This document shows positions 26,971-41,900 of a stretch of 64,000 bases of DNA, piece by piece. The DNA comes from Bugula neritina. Its lineage: Eukaryota; Animalia; Bryozoa. The notes beneath the pieces were generated by a model that did no database searches, was not told where the DNA came from, and saw only the letters and a list, made by a program, of their open reading frames with translations. The translations under genes and the position numbers were made by a program. The DNA is taken from positions 5,342,729 to 5,406,728 of the forward strand of contig OZ037770.1 of assembly GCA_964035545.1 (NCBI GenBank). Direction: 5' to 3'. The stretch's first letter is position 1. Every line of letters starts with the position of its first letter.

Positions 26971-29900
26971 CTATAAGATGACGCATGCTCTAGATTTTCT
27001 GTCCTCTGCCGGTTTTTCCTGCAAAAAGAAATAACAAAGAAGAGTATAGCAGACGTTAGCAGAGAGTATAGCAGACGTTAACAGAGAGTATAGCAGACGT
27101 CAACAGAGAGTATAGCAGACGTCAACACAGAGTATAGCAGACGTCAACATAGAGTATAGCAGACGTCAACATAGAGTATAGCAGACGTCAACAGAGAGTA
27201 TAGCAGAGGTCAACAGAAAGTATAGCAGACGTCAAAACAGAAAGTATAGCAGACGTCAACAGAGAGTATAGCAGACGTCAACATAGAGTATAGCAGACGT
27301 CAACAGAGAGTATAGCAGACGTCAACATAGAGTATAGCAGACGTCAACAGAGAGTATAGCAGACGTCAACAGAGATTATAGCAGACGTCAACAGAAAGTA
27401 TAGCAGACGTCAACAGAAAGTATAGCAGACGTCAACAGAGAGTATAGCAAAAGTTAACAGAGAGTATAGCAGATGTCAACAGAGAGTATAGCAGACGCCA
27501 ACAGAAAGTATAGCAGACGTCAACAGAGAGTATAGCAAAAGTTAACAGAGAGTATAGCAGACGTCAACACAGAGTATAGCAGACGTCAACACAGAGTATA
27601 GCAGACGTCAACAGAGAGTATAGCAGACGTCAACACAGAGTATAGCAGACGTCAACAGAAAGTATAGCAGACGTCAACAGAAAGTATAGCAGACGTCAAC
27701 AGAGAGTATAGCAAACGTTAACAGAGAGTATAGCAGACGTCAACAGAGAGTATAGCAGACGTCAACAGAGAGTATAGCAGACGTTAACACAGAGTACAGC
27801 AGACGTCAACACAGAGTATAGCAGACGCCAACAGAGAGTATAGCAGACGTCAACAGAGAGTATAGCAGACGTCAACAGAGATTATAGCAGACGTCAACAC
27901 AGAGTATAGCAGACGTCAACAGAAAGTATAGCAGACGTCAACACAGAGTATAGCAGACGTCAAGAGAGAGTATAGCAGACGTCAAGAGAGAGTATAGCAG
28001 ACGTCAATATAAACTCTAGCAGACGTCAATATAAAGTATAGCAGACAAATACTTACATTCGTAGCATTGTTATTGCTGCTCGACTCTTTACTCTTTTTAC
28101 TGTCTCCCTTCCCAACTTCCTCTTCCTCTTCGTCTTCCTCTTCACTAGCCTCTTTCGACTTCACCTGCTTTTTCCCTTTGCCTGGCTTTGCTGTTATCAG
28201 AAAAAAGACGGCAATTAAACCAAATGATAATACGCATCAGTTTCAGACATGATAGCAAGACGTAACTGAAAAAACATACTTTTAGATTTTGATACTTTTT
28301 CTTTTACTTCTTCTTTCTCCTCGTCGTCCTCGCTGTCTTCATCATCTAGCACCTTCTTGCCTTTACCGAACACACTCAGTTTGGACTTCCTGTCTATAAA
28401 ATACAGAAGTTATAAGTCAGCACCATGACATGACTCATCAGCATGACTCATCAGCATGACTCATCAGCATGACTCATCAGCATGATTCACGTCCCCTGAA
28501 GGTTTACCAGATATTTAACAATTCGGCATATAATTATAACTGAATTCAGAACCAACAGTTACTTTGCTCTCTCCAGTTTTCAAGGGCTTTGACTCTTATT
28601 GGTGATAACACTATTTGAGCTCTGATACATGTGAGAAAAAGAGTTCTTTTACATATTTACTGCAAGAATAGGGGTGGATAGTGAGCGCCCCTTCTCGCAG
28701 GCTTAGCCTTGTCACACATAATCAACTAGAGGCATTACTGTGATGCTCTACCAAAACTTACAGTTGCAGTAACAGAGAAATTTTTATAGCCTAAGCTCTC
28801 CAATTTTCTTCATAAATTTGTGAGTCGAGAAACGTAAAATTCGCCATAGAATATAACTTCTTTTGATTAATTTAAAAAATAGGCTTTTCCCAATTTCTCC
28901 ATTACTGCATTTAACTCAACTTCACAAAGCTTAAATCTTCGCAGTGATGTACTTTCTCACACCTACTGCACACATTTATTGCACACACACGCGCGCATAT
29001 GCACACACACACACACATATATATATTTAAACTTCTAGTACATAACCAAGAATATAGAATGAATATGAGATAGATTTTCTATTCAGAATATATAAGCTGC
29101 AGTGGGAGCCATGAACAAGGGCAAAAAGAAGACAAATTTAATGTCAAGCTCCTATTGTCACTCACTTTACCCTACGTATATAACATCAACACTGATAGGT
29201 GAGAGAACAATTTCTAACTAGACTAGCCGCTATTACAACTAAGAAGAAAATGCTGCAGTTTGCTTTTAGAGTGAATGTTTATTGGAACATTTATTTAGTC
29301 TAAAGGAACTCAGTAACAATAGAGATGTTGCGTTTTCATACTCGTACCGCCAGATGAGCAATTGTCCGCCCATTGACAAAATATCTTCACATGGGTAAAC
29401 AAAGTTCAACGCCTGCTAAATAGCACGTCCAAAACACTATTGACCTCTATAGATGCATTCGAACAAAAACAAAGACATGTTTTCCTAAAGAACTCTATAT
29501 TTCTATACTAGATATCGTTTGGTTAGACTCCTAGTATAAGCTTATCATTACTCATACCAATTTTCTGAATAGAATCAATAATTTGTAACGTTAAAATAAA
29601 ATTCGCTTTGAATTTACAGGGTTTGCTAACCACATATGTCTATATTGCTAAATCTTAATTATAGCTGAGGAATTTGTTTTGTTTTAATTATATTTGCACT
29701 GACAACACTAAATTTGCAAATTATCATAACTACTTTTCATCATGCTTTGCAAATATGTAAATTAAATTTATATGTTGAGTCAAACTGCACCATTATTACA
29801 GTTGTTTAGTCGGAGATGAACTCAAAGTTGGCAGATTGCCTAAATTATACCACAATCGCCAGTCATTCACATCAGCTCAAAAATTCAAGAGACACAATTA

Positions 29901-32900
29901 TTCAGTGACTTGGGTCTCAATCCACACCCTCTCTATAGACAAACTTGAAGGCTACAGTCTCCAAGGACAGTCACTACAATGTCGAGTTGTGCTCTCATTT
30001 ACAGCTAGAGTGTAAGCTACTAGTTACACACTCAAATAGAGCCAAGAGAAAGCAACTTCAAACGCTACAGATTACCTGGCTTGAAGAGTCGCCCCTTGTT
30101 CTTTTTAACTACATTTAACAGCACAACATACAACCATGGGATGGCAAAATAACACACATGAACTGTCATCATTATGAACTGAATATCAACATTAAAACCA
30201 CAATAAAAATGCTCAAAGACCTATTTTGACTAACAATGTAAAGCAAATTTGTAATGAAAAGCAGCAAAAATTATTATATATATTTAATTATGATTAGACA
30301 CAATTAGGATCCGTGGTGGTGTAGTGGTTAGAGTGCTGGTCTAGTAAGCGAGAGGTCAGAAGGTCAGTAGTTACAGTCGAAAAACCAGCTATGGTGTTAG
30401 GAAGAGCATTCAGTAATAATTGCTTTTATGCCCATATGAATAAGTCCTCAAACCGCTTCTATCAGGGGTTCTCACAGGGGGGGGGGGGCAACCACAAACT
30501 CTCGTGAGTTTTTTATATTATAACGATATAGCTTACTTTAAACTTTAGAGTGTCCAAGAGAGGGGGGCAACTACAGGTTTACATGAATGTTTAGACATAA
30601 CGAGGGTAGAGGTATCTGCCCTTTGCTCTCCACGGCCAGACAGGAGTGGATCAACTAGATGAGCACAAGGGGCATGTCCAGTGACCTAACCTTGACCCTT
30701 AGTAGTAGCTGGTTATACAAAACACGTTAACTATTTCATAAGTTTGCTAATAATACTTTTGATACATAAAATGTGTGAGCGCCAGGAGATATACATGTTT
30801 ATAGTCACCATTCCTGCGAGAAAACCCTTAATGAAGGCAATTTTTTATTTAATCAGGCTACGGACTTATTCAGATGTGGCACAGGAGCAATTATGACTGG
30901 ATGCTCTTCCTAACATCACCAATGGCCCTTGTCGGGTTCGAACCCATGACTTCGTGTTTTCTAGGCAAACGCTCTAACCCCTAGACCACGGCTACTCCCT
31001 GTATGTAGTACAATATTATAATACAAGAAAACGTCTGCAACACAACTACCTCTCCCCTTCTGTTTCCTGTCTTCTGCCTCGCTATTTTCCTCATCCTCTT
31101 CAGATATTTTACTCGATCTCTTCTTATCTTTGCCAGAAGACTTTTTGACTGTATTCTAAAAATAGACAGTAATCTGGAAATTAAAACAATTACAATTTCT
31201 TTCAACAACAATATATAAAATTATATGACATGCTATTATAGTATTACAGAACATTATATCGAATTATACAATACAACACATAAGTCTAAATATTGTATAA
31301 TACTTCATATTGTATAAATTGTTCTAGCAATATCACGTTTAGATTACTTTAGATGATTTGTTGGAGTTGTGCCGCTTCTCTTCTTCACTTTCCTCCTCCT
31401 CACTATCCTCTAGAGCACTGTCCTCTTCGCTCAATGACTTCTGCTTCTAAATATACACACTTGAATGACTCACAAAGTGCTGATACATTTATATAGAAGA
31501 AAATTTAAAAATAACAAATTTCTTTTTAATTTCAAATATATTTCTATTGAATATAGCTGTCACCTTGCAATTTATGTTACCAATATTATTTTTAGAATAT
31601 TAGTTTAATGTATTCACGGCAAAATACTACACTACATCAAACAGCACTTTGGGGCTGGCAATCTTATTGTAATGAAGACAAAAACTTGTTAGTTATACAA
31701 GCTTTATATTATAAAATAACATTACTTCTATAAATAGCATTGTATATATATGTAGAGCATTAGTTAGTATAATGATATATATCTCCTTACTATAATAAAG
31801 TGAATATAGTACTGATGCATATTATTTAAAACGATGTCCACGGTATTACTTTACGGCAAGAACTATCTCTCACAGTGCGACGATATGCCAAACACACCTG
31901 GTTCTTTTTATTCTTTGCAACAACTGATTTTCCGCGCTTGGTAGTTGTTTCCCCTTCTTCTTCACTGTCCAACTCTTTTTTCGAGACTTTCTTTGAGGTT
32001 TTGTCTCCCCTCTACAGTTAGTTCAATAGGAGTCATGTGATTAACTGTTTCAGCTAAACGAAGCCACTTTTACACAGAACTGCCTTGACATTTAGCCTTA
32101 GAGTCTAAGACTAGGACTAGTTACACTAAGACTATCAGATCATGTTCATCACAAGCCGTAGTTTTAATGGAAAAGAAAACAGCATCTAGTAATTGATGAA
32201 AGCCGTTAAATAATCTTTTACAAGTACATTAATACAGTATTGAGTTATTCACGAGCATCGTGGCAATCAGCTAAATACAACATCAGGCTATTATATCCAA
32301 GCTTGTTGGTTTGATGATGACTCACTTAGTGACGGCGTTTTGTTTGACTGAGCGCCCTTAGCAACAGATACTACAGATCATCTGCATGTGAGCCATTATT
32401 CTGAATTACATAGAGGAACGTTAAATTGGAGAAACGTTGTATAGCATTGAGTGATAAAATAATTCAAGATCAAGTAAATGTTGATATGCCGCCCAGTAGG
32501 TTGATTTGACGGCAGATTCTATTTTAGATGCAGTAGCATATTGGAAGTTAGTCTATATATTGGGGGGAGGGCCATGCAACTCATAAAGAATGACTACATA
32601 AACACAGTGGCTACAGTCGCTAGGCAGCCCAAAAAAACAGTGACTACAGTTGTTAGGCAACCCATAAACACAGTGACTACAGCCGCTAGGCAACCCAGAA
32701 ACACAGTGACTACAGTCGCTAGGCAACCCATAAAAACAGTTGCTAGGCAATACTGCTGGCTACCTTTTTGTGTCGGTACTGTGTTTCCTCTTCTGAATCT
32801 GCTTCTGAGTCTTCGTCTGCTGTGTCCTCTTTTTGAGCCTTAGAAGTGGGTTTAGGCAACTGTTTCTAAAGAATAAAGCTAGATATATATGTCAACTAGA

Positions 32901-35900
32901 ATAGAACTGGTGCCGATACCACGTAAACCTCAGGCTACATTCAAGAAAAATTATAATTTATAAAGTCACATAATGGTTGCCCCATATTCCCAGGACTGAT
33001 GCACAGTATATAGTACTAGAGTATTGAGTCATATATTACTAGAGTATTGAGTCATATATTACTAGAGTATTGAGTCATATAATACTAGAGTATTGAGTCA
33101 TATATTACTAGAGTATTGAGTCATATATTACTAGAGTATTGAGTCATATATTACTAGAGTATTGAGTCATATATTACTAGAGTATTGAGTCATATATTAC
33201 TAGAGTATTGAGTCATATATTACTAGAGTATTGAGTCATATATTACTAGAGTATTGAGTCATATATTACTAGAGTATTGAGTCATATATTACTAGAGTAT
33301 TGAGTTATATATTACTAGAGTATTGAGTCATATGTTACTAGAGTATTGAGTCATATATTACTAGAGTATTGAGTCATATGTTACTAGAGTATTGAGTCAT
33401 ATATTACTAGAGTATTGAGTCATATATTACTAGAGTATTGAGTCATATATTACTAGAGTATTGAGTCATATATTACTAGAGTATTGAGTCATATGTTACT
33501 AGAGTATTGAGTCATATGTTACTAGAGTATTGAGTCATATATTACTAGAGTATTGAGTCATATATTACTAGAGTATTGAGTCATATATTACTAGAGTATT
33601 GAGTTATATATTACTAGAGTATTGAGTTATATATTACTAGAGTATTGAGTCATATGTTACTAGAGTATTGAGTCATATGTTACTAGAGTATTGAGTCATA
33701 TGTTACTAGAGTATTGAGTCATATATTACTAGAGTATTGAGTCATATATTACTAGAGTATTGAGTCATATATTACTAGAGTATTGAGTCATATATTACTA
33801 GAGTATTGAGTCATATATTACTAGAGTATTGAGTCATATGTTACTAGAGTATTGAGTCATATATTACTAGAGTATTGAGTCATATATTACTAGAGTATTG
33901 AGTCATATATTACTAGAGTATTGAGTCATATGTTACTAGAGTATTGAGTCATATGTTACTAGAGTATTGAGTCATATATTACTAGAGTATTGAGTCATAT
34001 ATTACTAGAGTATTGAGTCATATATTACTAGAGTATTGAGTCATATATTACTAGAGTATTGAGTCATATATTACTAGAGTATTGAGTCATATGTTACTAG
34101 AGTATTGAGTCATATATTACTAGAGTATTGAGTCATATATTACTAGAGTATTGAGTCATATATTACTAGAGTATTGAGTTATATATTACTAGAGTATTGA
34201 GTTATATATTACTAGAGTATTGAGTCATATATTACTAGAGTATTGAGTCATATATTACTAGAGTATTGAGTCATATGTTACTAGAGTATTGAGTCATATA
34301 TTACTAGAGTATTGAGTCATATATTACTAGAGTATTGAGTCATATATTACTAGAGTATTGAGTCATATATTACTAGAGTATTGAGTCATATATTACTGGA
34401 GTACGGAGAAGAGCTGTGACTGAACAAACATCTTGCAGACGTTACGGCCCCTCATATTCTATACTTAGACTTATATTTTACTCTATTGAAACTTTTATAT
34501 TCTATTTTATTTAGAATTTTACATTCTAGTCTATCTAAAGCTCTATATTCTATTCAACTAAACTTTGCATCAGTGTATAAGTTAACCTTTACATTCTATT
34601 ATGTTAAACCATTATTATCTTGAATTTCAGTCTATTTAAACTTTTGTACCGATTTGGGAGTAGGTTTGCCTTTGCCATTTGCTAAGCTACTTGATTGCCT
34701 CTTCATGGCTTCTCGTTTGTTTGACATTGACCTTTGAACAGTTTCATTCTCTTCCTCCTCACTACTGCCCTCTGGTGTCACAGACACATCCGAATCTTCA
34801 GAATCTTCTTCTTTATCTCCTACACAAAAGATAGCCACTGGTTACCAACTAAAAGAGCTGCTGTTTAGTTAAAGAGTTACCCCATATGTTTCACCAAGAT
34901 TTAGCTGTTATGACATAATATGTAAAAGAATTGCTAGTCATCGATTTATAATCACATTTAGAGATAAAATGCTGACTCTTTGTATTCATAACACAACAGA
35001 AACTGTTGCATGTGGTAAAATATAGGTTGCTACTTCCAGTGCTCAAATAGATACTTTCAAAAGAAAACAGCTTTTAGACATTAAGTTTAGAGCCATGAGT
35101 TTTCTTCCTGATAGTGAGTACATGCAGACGATTAATCATGAGTCATGAGTGTTGACCGAGGCATGAGATTCTTGTTTCATCACCCAAGTCCGCTCAGTAG
35201 TAGGCCACACCCACCTTGAGTAAACTTTGCGTTGGGAAGCTTTCTCTTGTCCAGACTGGTTGGCATTTTAGCGCCATCTAGTGAGGGAAGTGTGGAGGTG
35301 AGAGGTGGAAGCGTGGAGCTGCGACTTGATGCTGTTAGCGGAGGTAGTGTTCTGTTGCGGGCTTCTGGTAACTGAATGACAACAGGGCAAACAAGTTGAA
35401 CATCTGAGCAAAGAAATCTGACTCGGATATAATGCACACTAGCTCACTCACTCACTCACCCACCCACAAACTCACTCACTCACCAACCCACTCACCAATC
35501 CACCCACAGACTCACCAACTCACTCACTAACTCACCTACCCAGTCAGTCAGTCACTGAATCACTCACTTACTAAATCACTCACCTAGTCACCCAGTCAGT
35601 CTTTAGACCACTCATTCAGTGACTCACTCACATGAAATTGATTAACTTACTCACAGCGACTTATCCCAATAATTGAACAAATACAAGTTATGCAACATTT
35701 GTCATTTGATGGAAAATATCAAAACTATAATTTAATGAATTGCCTATATATTTACCAATACAATAGAAAGACAAAGCGATTAGCTGCAAATTACTGCCAC
35801 CACTGGTGACCACTCCATCTATTGCATAATCATGTACTTGTAATTTCCCCACGAGACTTATTAGTACTTATTTCAGCAGATGGAATACAAAATTGAGAAA

Positions 35901-38900
35901 AAAATATAGAATCTCTGTTATTCCAAAGGTATTTCATAATTAAAGATAGAGTGTCGGTTTAGGAGCCCCTTAAAAGCTGCTTACGTCTTTGGACCTCCGT
36001 CTATCCCTGGCTGATATGGACGAGTCCAGGTCAGTAGAGAGCCTAAGACTATTAGCAAATGTGCTGTTTAAAGGGTCGTGTATCTCTTCGTCCTCCCCGT
36101 CATCATCTAAATCTTTTTTATGAGCCAAGGCTATGGTGTGACAGCCTCCGCATGAAACCTGAAAGTGAGAGGAGGTGAGATGAGCAAATCTAGGACCAGA
36201 GTGGTAGTACCACAGTAGTAGCACCAGAGTATAACACCAGAGTAGTAGCATCAGAATGGTAGCACCAGAGTGGTAATACAAGAGTGATAACACCAGAGTG
36301 GTAGTACTATAGTGGTAGTACTATACTGGTAGTACTAGAGTAGTGGTACTAGAGTGGTAGTACTAGAGTGGTAGTACTATACTGGTAGTACTAGAGTAGT
36401 GGTACTAGAGTGGTAGTACTAGAGTGGTAGTAATAAGGATTGACATTAGTTTTAGTGTACTAACTAGAAAGCTGTAGAGTAAGACAGAGTGAAAGTATCA
36501 GAGTTAAATAATAATTTATTGCCACCAGTTTCAGTTTGACTCAATGAGCTAGAAAAAAGTCACGTTTCAGCTAAATGTACCTTTGTAACACTAAACCTAG
36601 CAAATCTAGGAACTCTGAATGGACGGAACTGATTTGTAAAATTCTCAGCACCAAGGGCCAGTTTTCCGTGACGGCCATTTCCAAACGTGTATAGCTGCCC
36701 CTTTTCTACAACAGAAAATATTTTTAATCTGTCTGTCACAGACATCGGCCAGTTCAACCATGAATCACTCACCAAAAGATTTCAATTATAACTAGCAAGA
36801 TGCGTACCTGATATTACAGCGGTGAAGTTTTCCCCGCACGACGAACGTTTTATTCTTATATCTTTGAGGTAAGTAACAAGAGTAGGTCTAGATGTGTCCA
36901 TTGTGTTGGTGCCGAGTCCCAATTGACCATCTGAACCGTCACCAAATGAATAGACAGCACCTTTAGCTGCAACACAACGCCAAATACTCTCAGCCAATTT
37001 AGACAAGAAAGCATCAAAACACCAACAAAAGACTACAACTTCTGCAAAGATAAACCATAAAAGAGTTTCCAACATTTATATATAGAAAATATTTAGACGT
37101 AAGTAAAACATTCGCTTTAACTGTATAATTTACTTTTTTTCAACAAAACATTACATTATGAATATAAGTTGTGTGCTCAGTTATAGAAAGAAAACAGCTA
37201 CAAACACTAGCTGCTAACACAGAAGCTGATTTGTCTCTATTAGACAGAAATCTTTAAATTATTTACCTGTGACTGCGACAGTGTGTCTGCCCCCGCATGA
37301 CACCCAAACCACCTTTTCTGGAATGTCAACTTGTAGAGGTTCTGAGGCCAGGACTCCCTCTCCATGACCTAGCTTCCCGCCTTCCTCCTCTCCAAATGTA
37401 TACAGAGCTCCACTAACTGTAACAGAAAGCACTTGCATATACAGGTCAGACACCTGGCAGCCACCTGCTAGGGTGTGCCAGCGACTCCAATAGCAACCTG
37501 TCAGATGTCATCAGCTCAAGGTGCTCTAAGTACACAGATGTTGCGACAGCAGGCAGAAAGCAAGAGCAGGGTTACAATTACATGAATCAAAGTTAACTAA
37601 AGAGGTGATTGAAACGCATATTTGACGCCGAAGTTCAATACTTGTCAGAGTTGACATATTTTCAATATTCCAAAGTAAAATGAAATGCAAGATAACTGTG
37701 TAACCATCTTGTAAGTTATCCCTGGGAGATTGGAGTTCGATATTTAAGAACAGTTGCCATACCGACTTTTCAATTTATCATAAATCAATTGAAATCATGG
37801 AGTTAATTTTGCTATAAAAGAAATTAAATTACAAACACAGGTTGATTGAACTTTAAAAATACACTTCACCCGCTAGAATGAGGTTTCACAACCTGATAAG
37901 TATATATTCCATTAATTTAAAAATGATTTAAAGTTCAATGTAAATGATTCAGCTTCTTTGCGTTATTCAAGTTTGTTCGGCACCTCTTATCATTCAAAAC
38001 TAATAACTTATTGTTAAATAATGGAAGTTGAAAGTGATTAGGGTGTTTACACGTTGCTTAGCGACATGATTGGGTCACCCTTGAGACTACACTGAGTTTG
38101 CTATATTCTAGTACCATGTGATGCTTTAGTAACTATGCTATGAATGTGTTGACATGAGAACCTCAACTTTGCATATAAGCATTTCGCTGACGAACAAAGA
38201 AATGCTGCCCTTTGTATTTTCAGCAGAATAAAACCCTGTCAACTCATATGCGTGCAGCAAAAGTTCACCACTAAGATAGATATATTCACATTGCAGTCAA
38301 TACATTACTCATCATTACTCGTATATATTATTTTTTGTATTAGCTTTCATATACTATTTTCAAATATAAGTTTATATATATATAGTTTTTTTTTTTCATA
38401 TAATAATTTTAGGAATTATTTTAACATATCACTTTTATACATTAGTTTTATGTGTAATTTATTTTATAGTATATTACTATACGACTTCCTTTTAAGAAGT
38501 TAATTAGGGCACACAAACACTTACAAAACGGTGACCAGAATTTGATATCATAACTTTAATATACTACTTTTATATTATATTGCTTTTTATATATTACTTT
38601 AATATATTACCATCATGTATTAATTTTATATATTACTTGTATACATTAGTTTTACATATTACTTTAATATAATAGACTTACACCTAACATATGATTCTAT
38701 TACTTTTACACTTCACTACAATTAGGTATTAAGAAGTCAGTGACGACCAGAAAAGAGACTAGAACTGATTGACATCTAACCTGTGACGACTGCGGTGTGA
38801 TAGTAACCACAGGAAATATGAACCGCCTTCTCGTCTAGTCTGAGTTGTTCAGGAAGTTCAGCTTCAGAGACTCCATCGCCTAGTCCTAGTTGACCTTCAG

Positions 38901-41900
38901 AGTTGTCTCCCCAAACATATACCAATCCATTTTCTATAAGGATTTAATAGTTAATGCCAGAGTGAGAAAATGGTCCTGTGGCTACTAGTTAAAGTTACCA
39001 AACACTGAACTACTAGCAACCCAAGTCAAAATAAGTCAAAATGTGATATAAAAAAACAATTTAAGTTCCTTTAAGTGATGATTTAATCAACTTGAGACAA
39101 ACTAAATAAAACAATAAATTGCTAAATTGAGCCAAGCCTCCATTTTCCAAATTAATTTATAAATATCGGCTAGGCACTTAAATTTATTTAGTTATTTATG
39201 AAAAGAACATCTTTAGTTGTAATTCTATTGAAATAGCATAATATTTTTCAGAAATAATAATAACTGAAAGGTATGACACTGTCAAAGTACTACTGACTGA
39301 CTAACACTGACAAAGTACTACTGACTAACTAACACTGTCAAAGTACTACTGACTGACTAACACTGTCAAAGTACTACTGACTGACTAACACTGACAAAGT
39401 ACAACTGACTGACTAACACTGTCAAGGTACTACTGACTGACTAACACTGTCAAAGTACTACTGACTGACTAACACTGTCAAAGTACTACTGACTAACTAA
39501 CACTGTCAAAGTACTACTAACTAACTAACACTGTCAAAGTACTAGTGACTGAAAGGTATGATACTGACTATCTAATCCAACAGAGTGACTACTGCCTCCA
39601 CATAGCTGAGTGAAGACAATCGGCTTTTTGAGTAGGACTTCAGTCGGGGTCTCCACGCTGCCCTCTGCGTCTAAGCCACACTGATGGTAGTTATTCTTAC
39701 CAAAGGTGAAGAGGACGCCACTGGATGTGCCAACCAGAGTGTGATCAGAGCCACATCCTATCACACTGACCTGTTCCCCCTTCAGACCTGCAAACATATA
39801 CACCTATATACTACCTATATACACCAGTATACTACCTATATATACACCTATATACTACCTATATATACCTGTATACTACCTATATACACCTGTATACTAG
39901 CTATATACACCTGTATACTACCTATATATATCTGTATACTACCTATATATTATATCTGTATACTACCTATATACACCTGTATACTACCTATATAATATAC
40001 CTGTATACTACCTATACGTACACCTTCGTATAAATAGGCTGCAGCAAACCTATCGGAGGATAAAGCAGGTCTTGATTTAAAAATGGCTTCATCATTTCGA
40101 AGTAAAATAGAAGAAGAAATTTTCTAAGTAATTTGGTAACAGTAACCAATCCTCGAACAAATAAAACGCTCAAAATAATACCATCTAATAGCAAACTATA
40201 GTATAACATTACATTTGGCAGGGTAATGAATATAGATATAACACAGCAAAGAAATAAATTTGGATAACAGAATAAAATCTTACTTTTGACACAAGTTGGT
40301 TTAGTCTGTGCTTTTGTGTTTCCTAAACCAAGCTGACCATATGAGCTATCTCCAAATACAAATACCCTGCCCGACTCTACAAAACACCTCTATACTAGAA
40401 CACAGGCTAATATGCAGCATATAAGTGACAGAACAGAAAAATATATATTTATACTAATCATATTGCTTATTCGAGATGATTGCTTATAATAGGAAAAGTG
40501 AACGAATACATGATTACATGACTTTGTTATGTGTTGACGAGAGGAAAAACCTTGGGGGAGTTGTTGTATTCAGATGGAGTTATATATACAGTATACATAC
40601 TTACCAGCATAGAGTACAGTATGTTGGTCACCACAGGCCACCTGTGTAACTTCATCATTCCGTATCCAGAATTTATTAGGTAAGTTTTCAGCAAACTTGC
40701 TTTTACCAAATGTGAACACTCCGCCAGATTCTGAAATTATAGTGTACAGTTGCGTTAGGAAACTCACCCTATTCTGTAGAATACGTCTTTTGTTAAGTGG
40801 AGATAACTTTATACATAAACTAACTTAGTTTAATGAAATTGCACTGAATTAGACACATCAATCAAAATAATATAGTGACACAATGCCTTCATAAAAACTG
40901 CAATTAATTTCTAGCTTATTGCATCGCACTGAATGAATGACATGTGTCCAAGTTACCAAATTAAAGACAGACTTTTTTACCAACAATTTGTAAACTGATG
41001 AATATTAATCTGCTTAATATAAAATAAAAATCACTTGAACCACTTTATGACTGTTGTTTATACTTAGAGTACTAGTACATAATAATTATATGGATACACT
41101 AATTTTAGCAGCGCAAGAACTTGATAATAAGTACAACCACCAGATGACAGCACATTAAATCACAGACAAAATCAACATAAATATGATAAAAACAAAATTT
41201 AATTTCAATTTGTTTGATAACTTTAAAATATTTCCCAGCTAATTACTAACTGGTATAAAATTCTTTTTTTAAAGAATTAAAGTATCAAACTAAGCTAAAA
41301 CTTTATTGCATATATAAAATTACTTATAATAGAAATATACTATATTTAACATACTTTTATAAACTCAATTTTTCCATTCAATCTTTTAGCCAATTCCAAA
41401 ATAAAAACTATATAATTTGTGAAATTTGTAGCAGTAAATGATAATATTCATAGATAAAAGACATGATTACTAGTTACTAGTATTTGAGTTAGTATTATTG
41501 TTGTTGTATAGATAATCAATATATCAACATATTGTTTGAATATAACACTGTACTTAGTTACTATAATACTACAGGTATTGAACAGTTAATTCCCCAACTA
41601 CCTACAATACAGTAACAAGTGAGATACAAACACGACACAAGAAGATACAAGATAGACAACTCTTAATTTTAAATTAAAACTTAAAATACCAACTGGCAGA
41701 TGAATAATAAAATCAGGAAAAGCTTTAGTAGAATCGGAGATTCAAGCAAACAATTTATATTCTAAATATTATTGAATCATATATCATCAGATTTCAAAAC
41801 TTGCAAACTCGCAAGCAACTAGGTTTCATGTTTCACTCCAGCAACTGTTCAAAGCACAGTCAAAAAATCCGATATTTTTCGGCTCACATAAAATGTATTG

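Noticed and set aside
33013-34402. Regular repeat arrays (also 1815-2757, 27040-28045, 14597-15090) as CRISPR arrays
   Set aside because: Units are head-to-tail with no unique spacers, there are no cas genes, and the context is eukaryotic introns.
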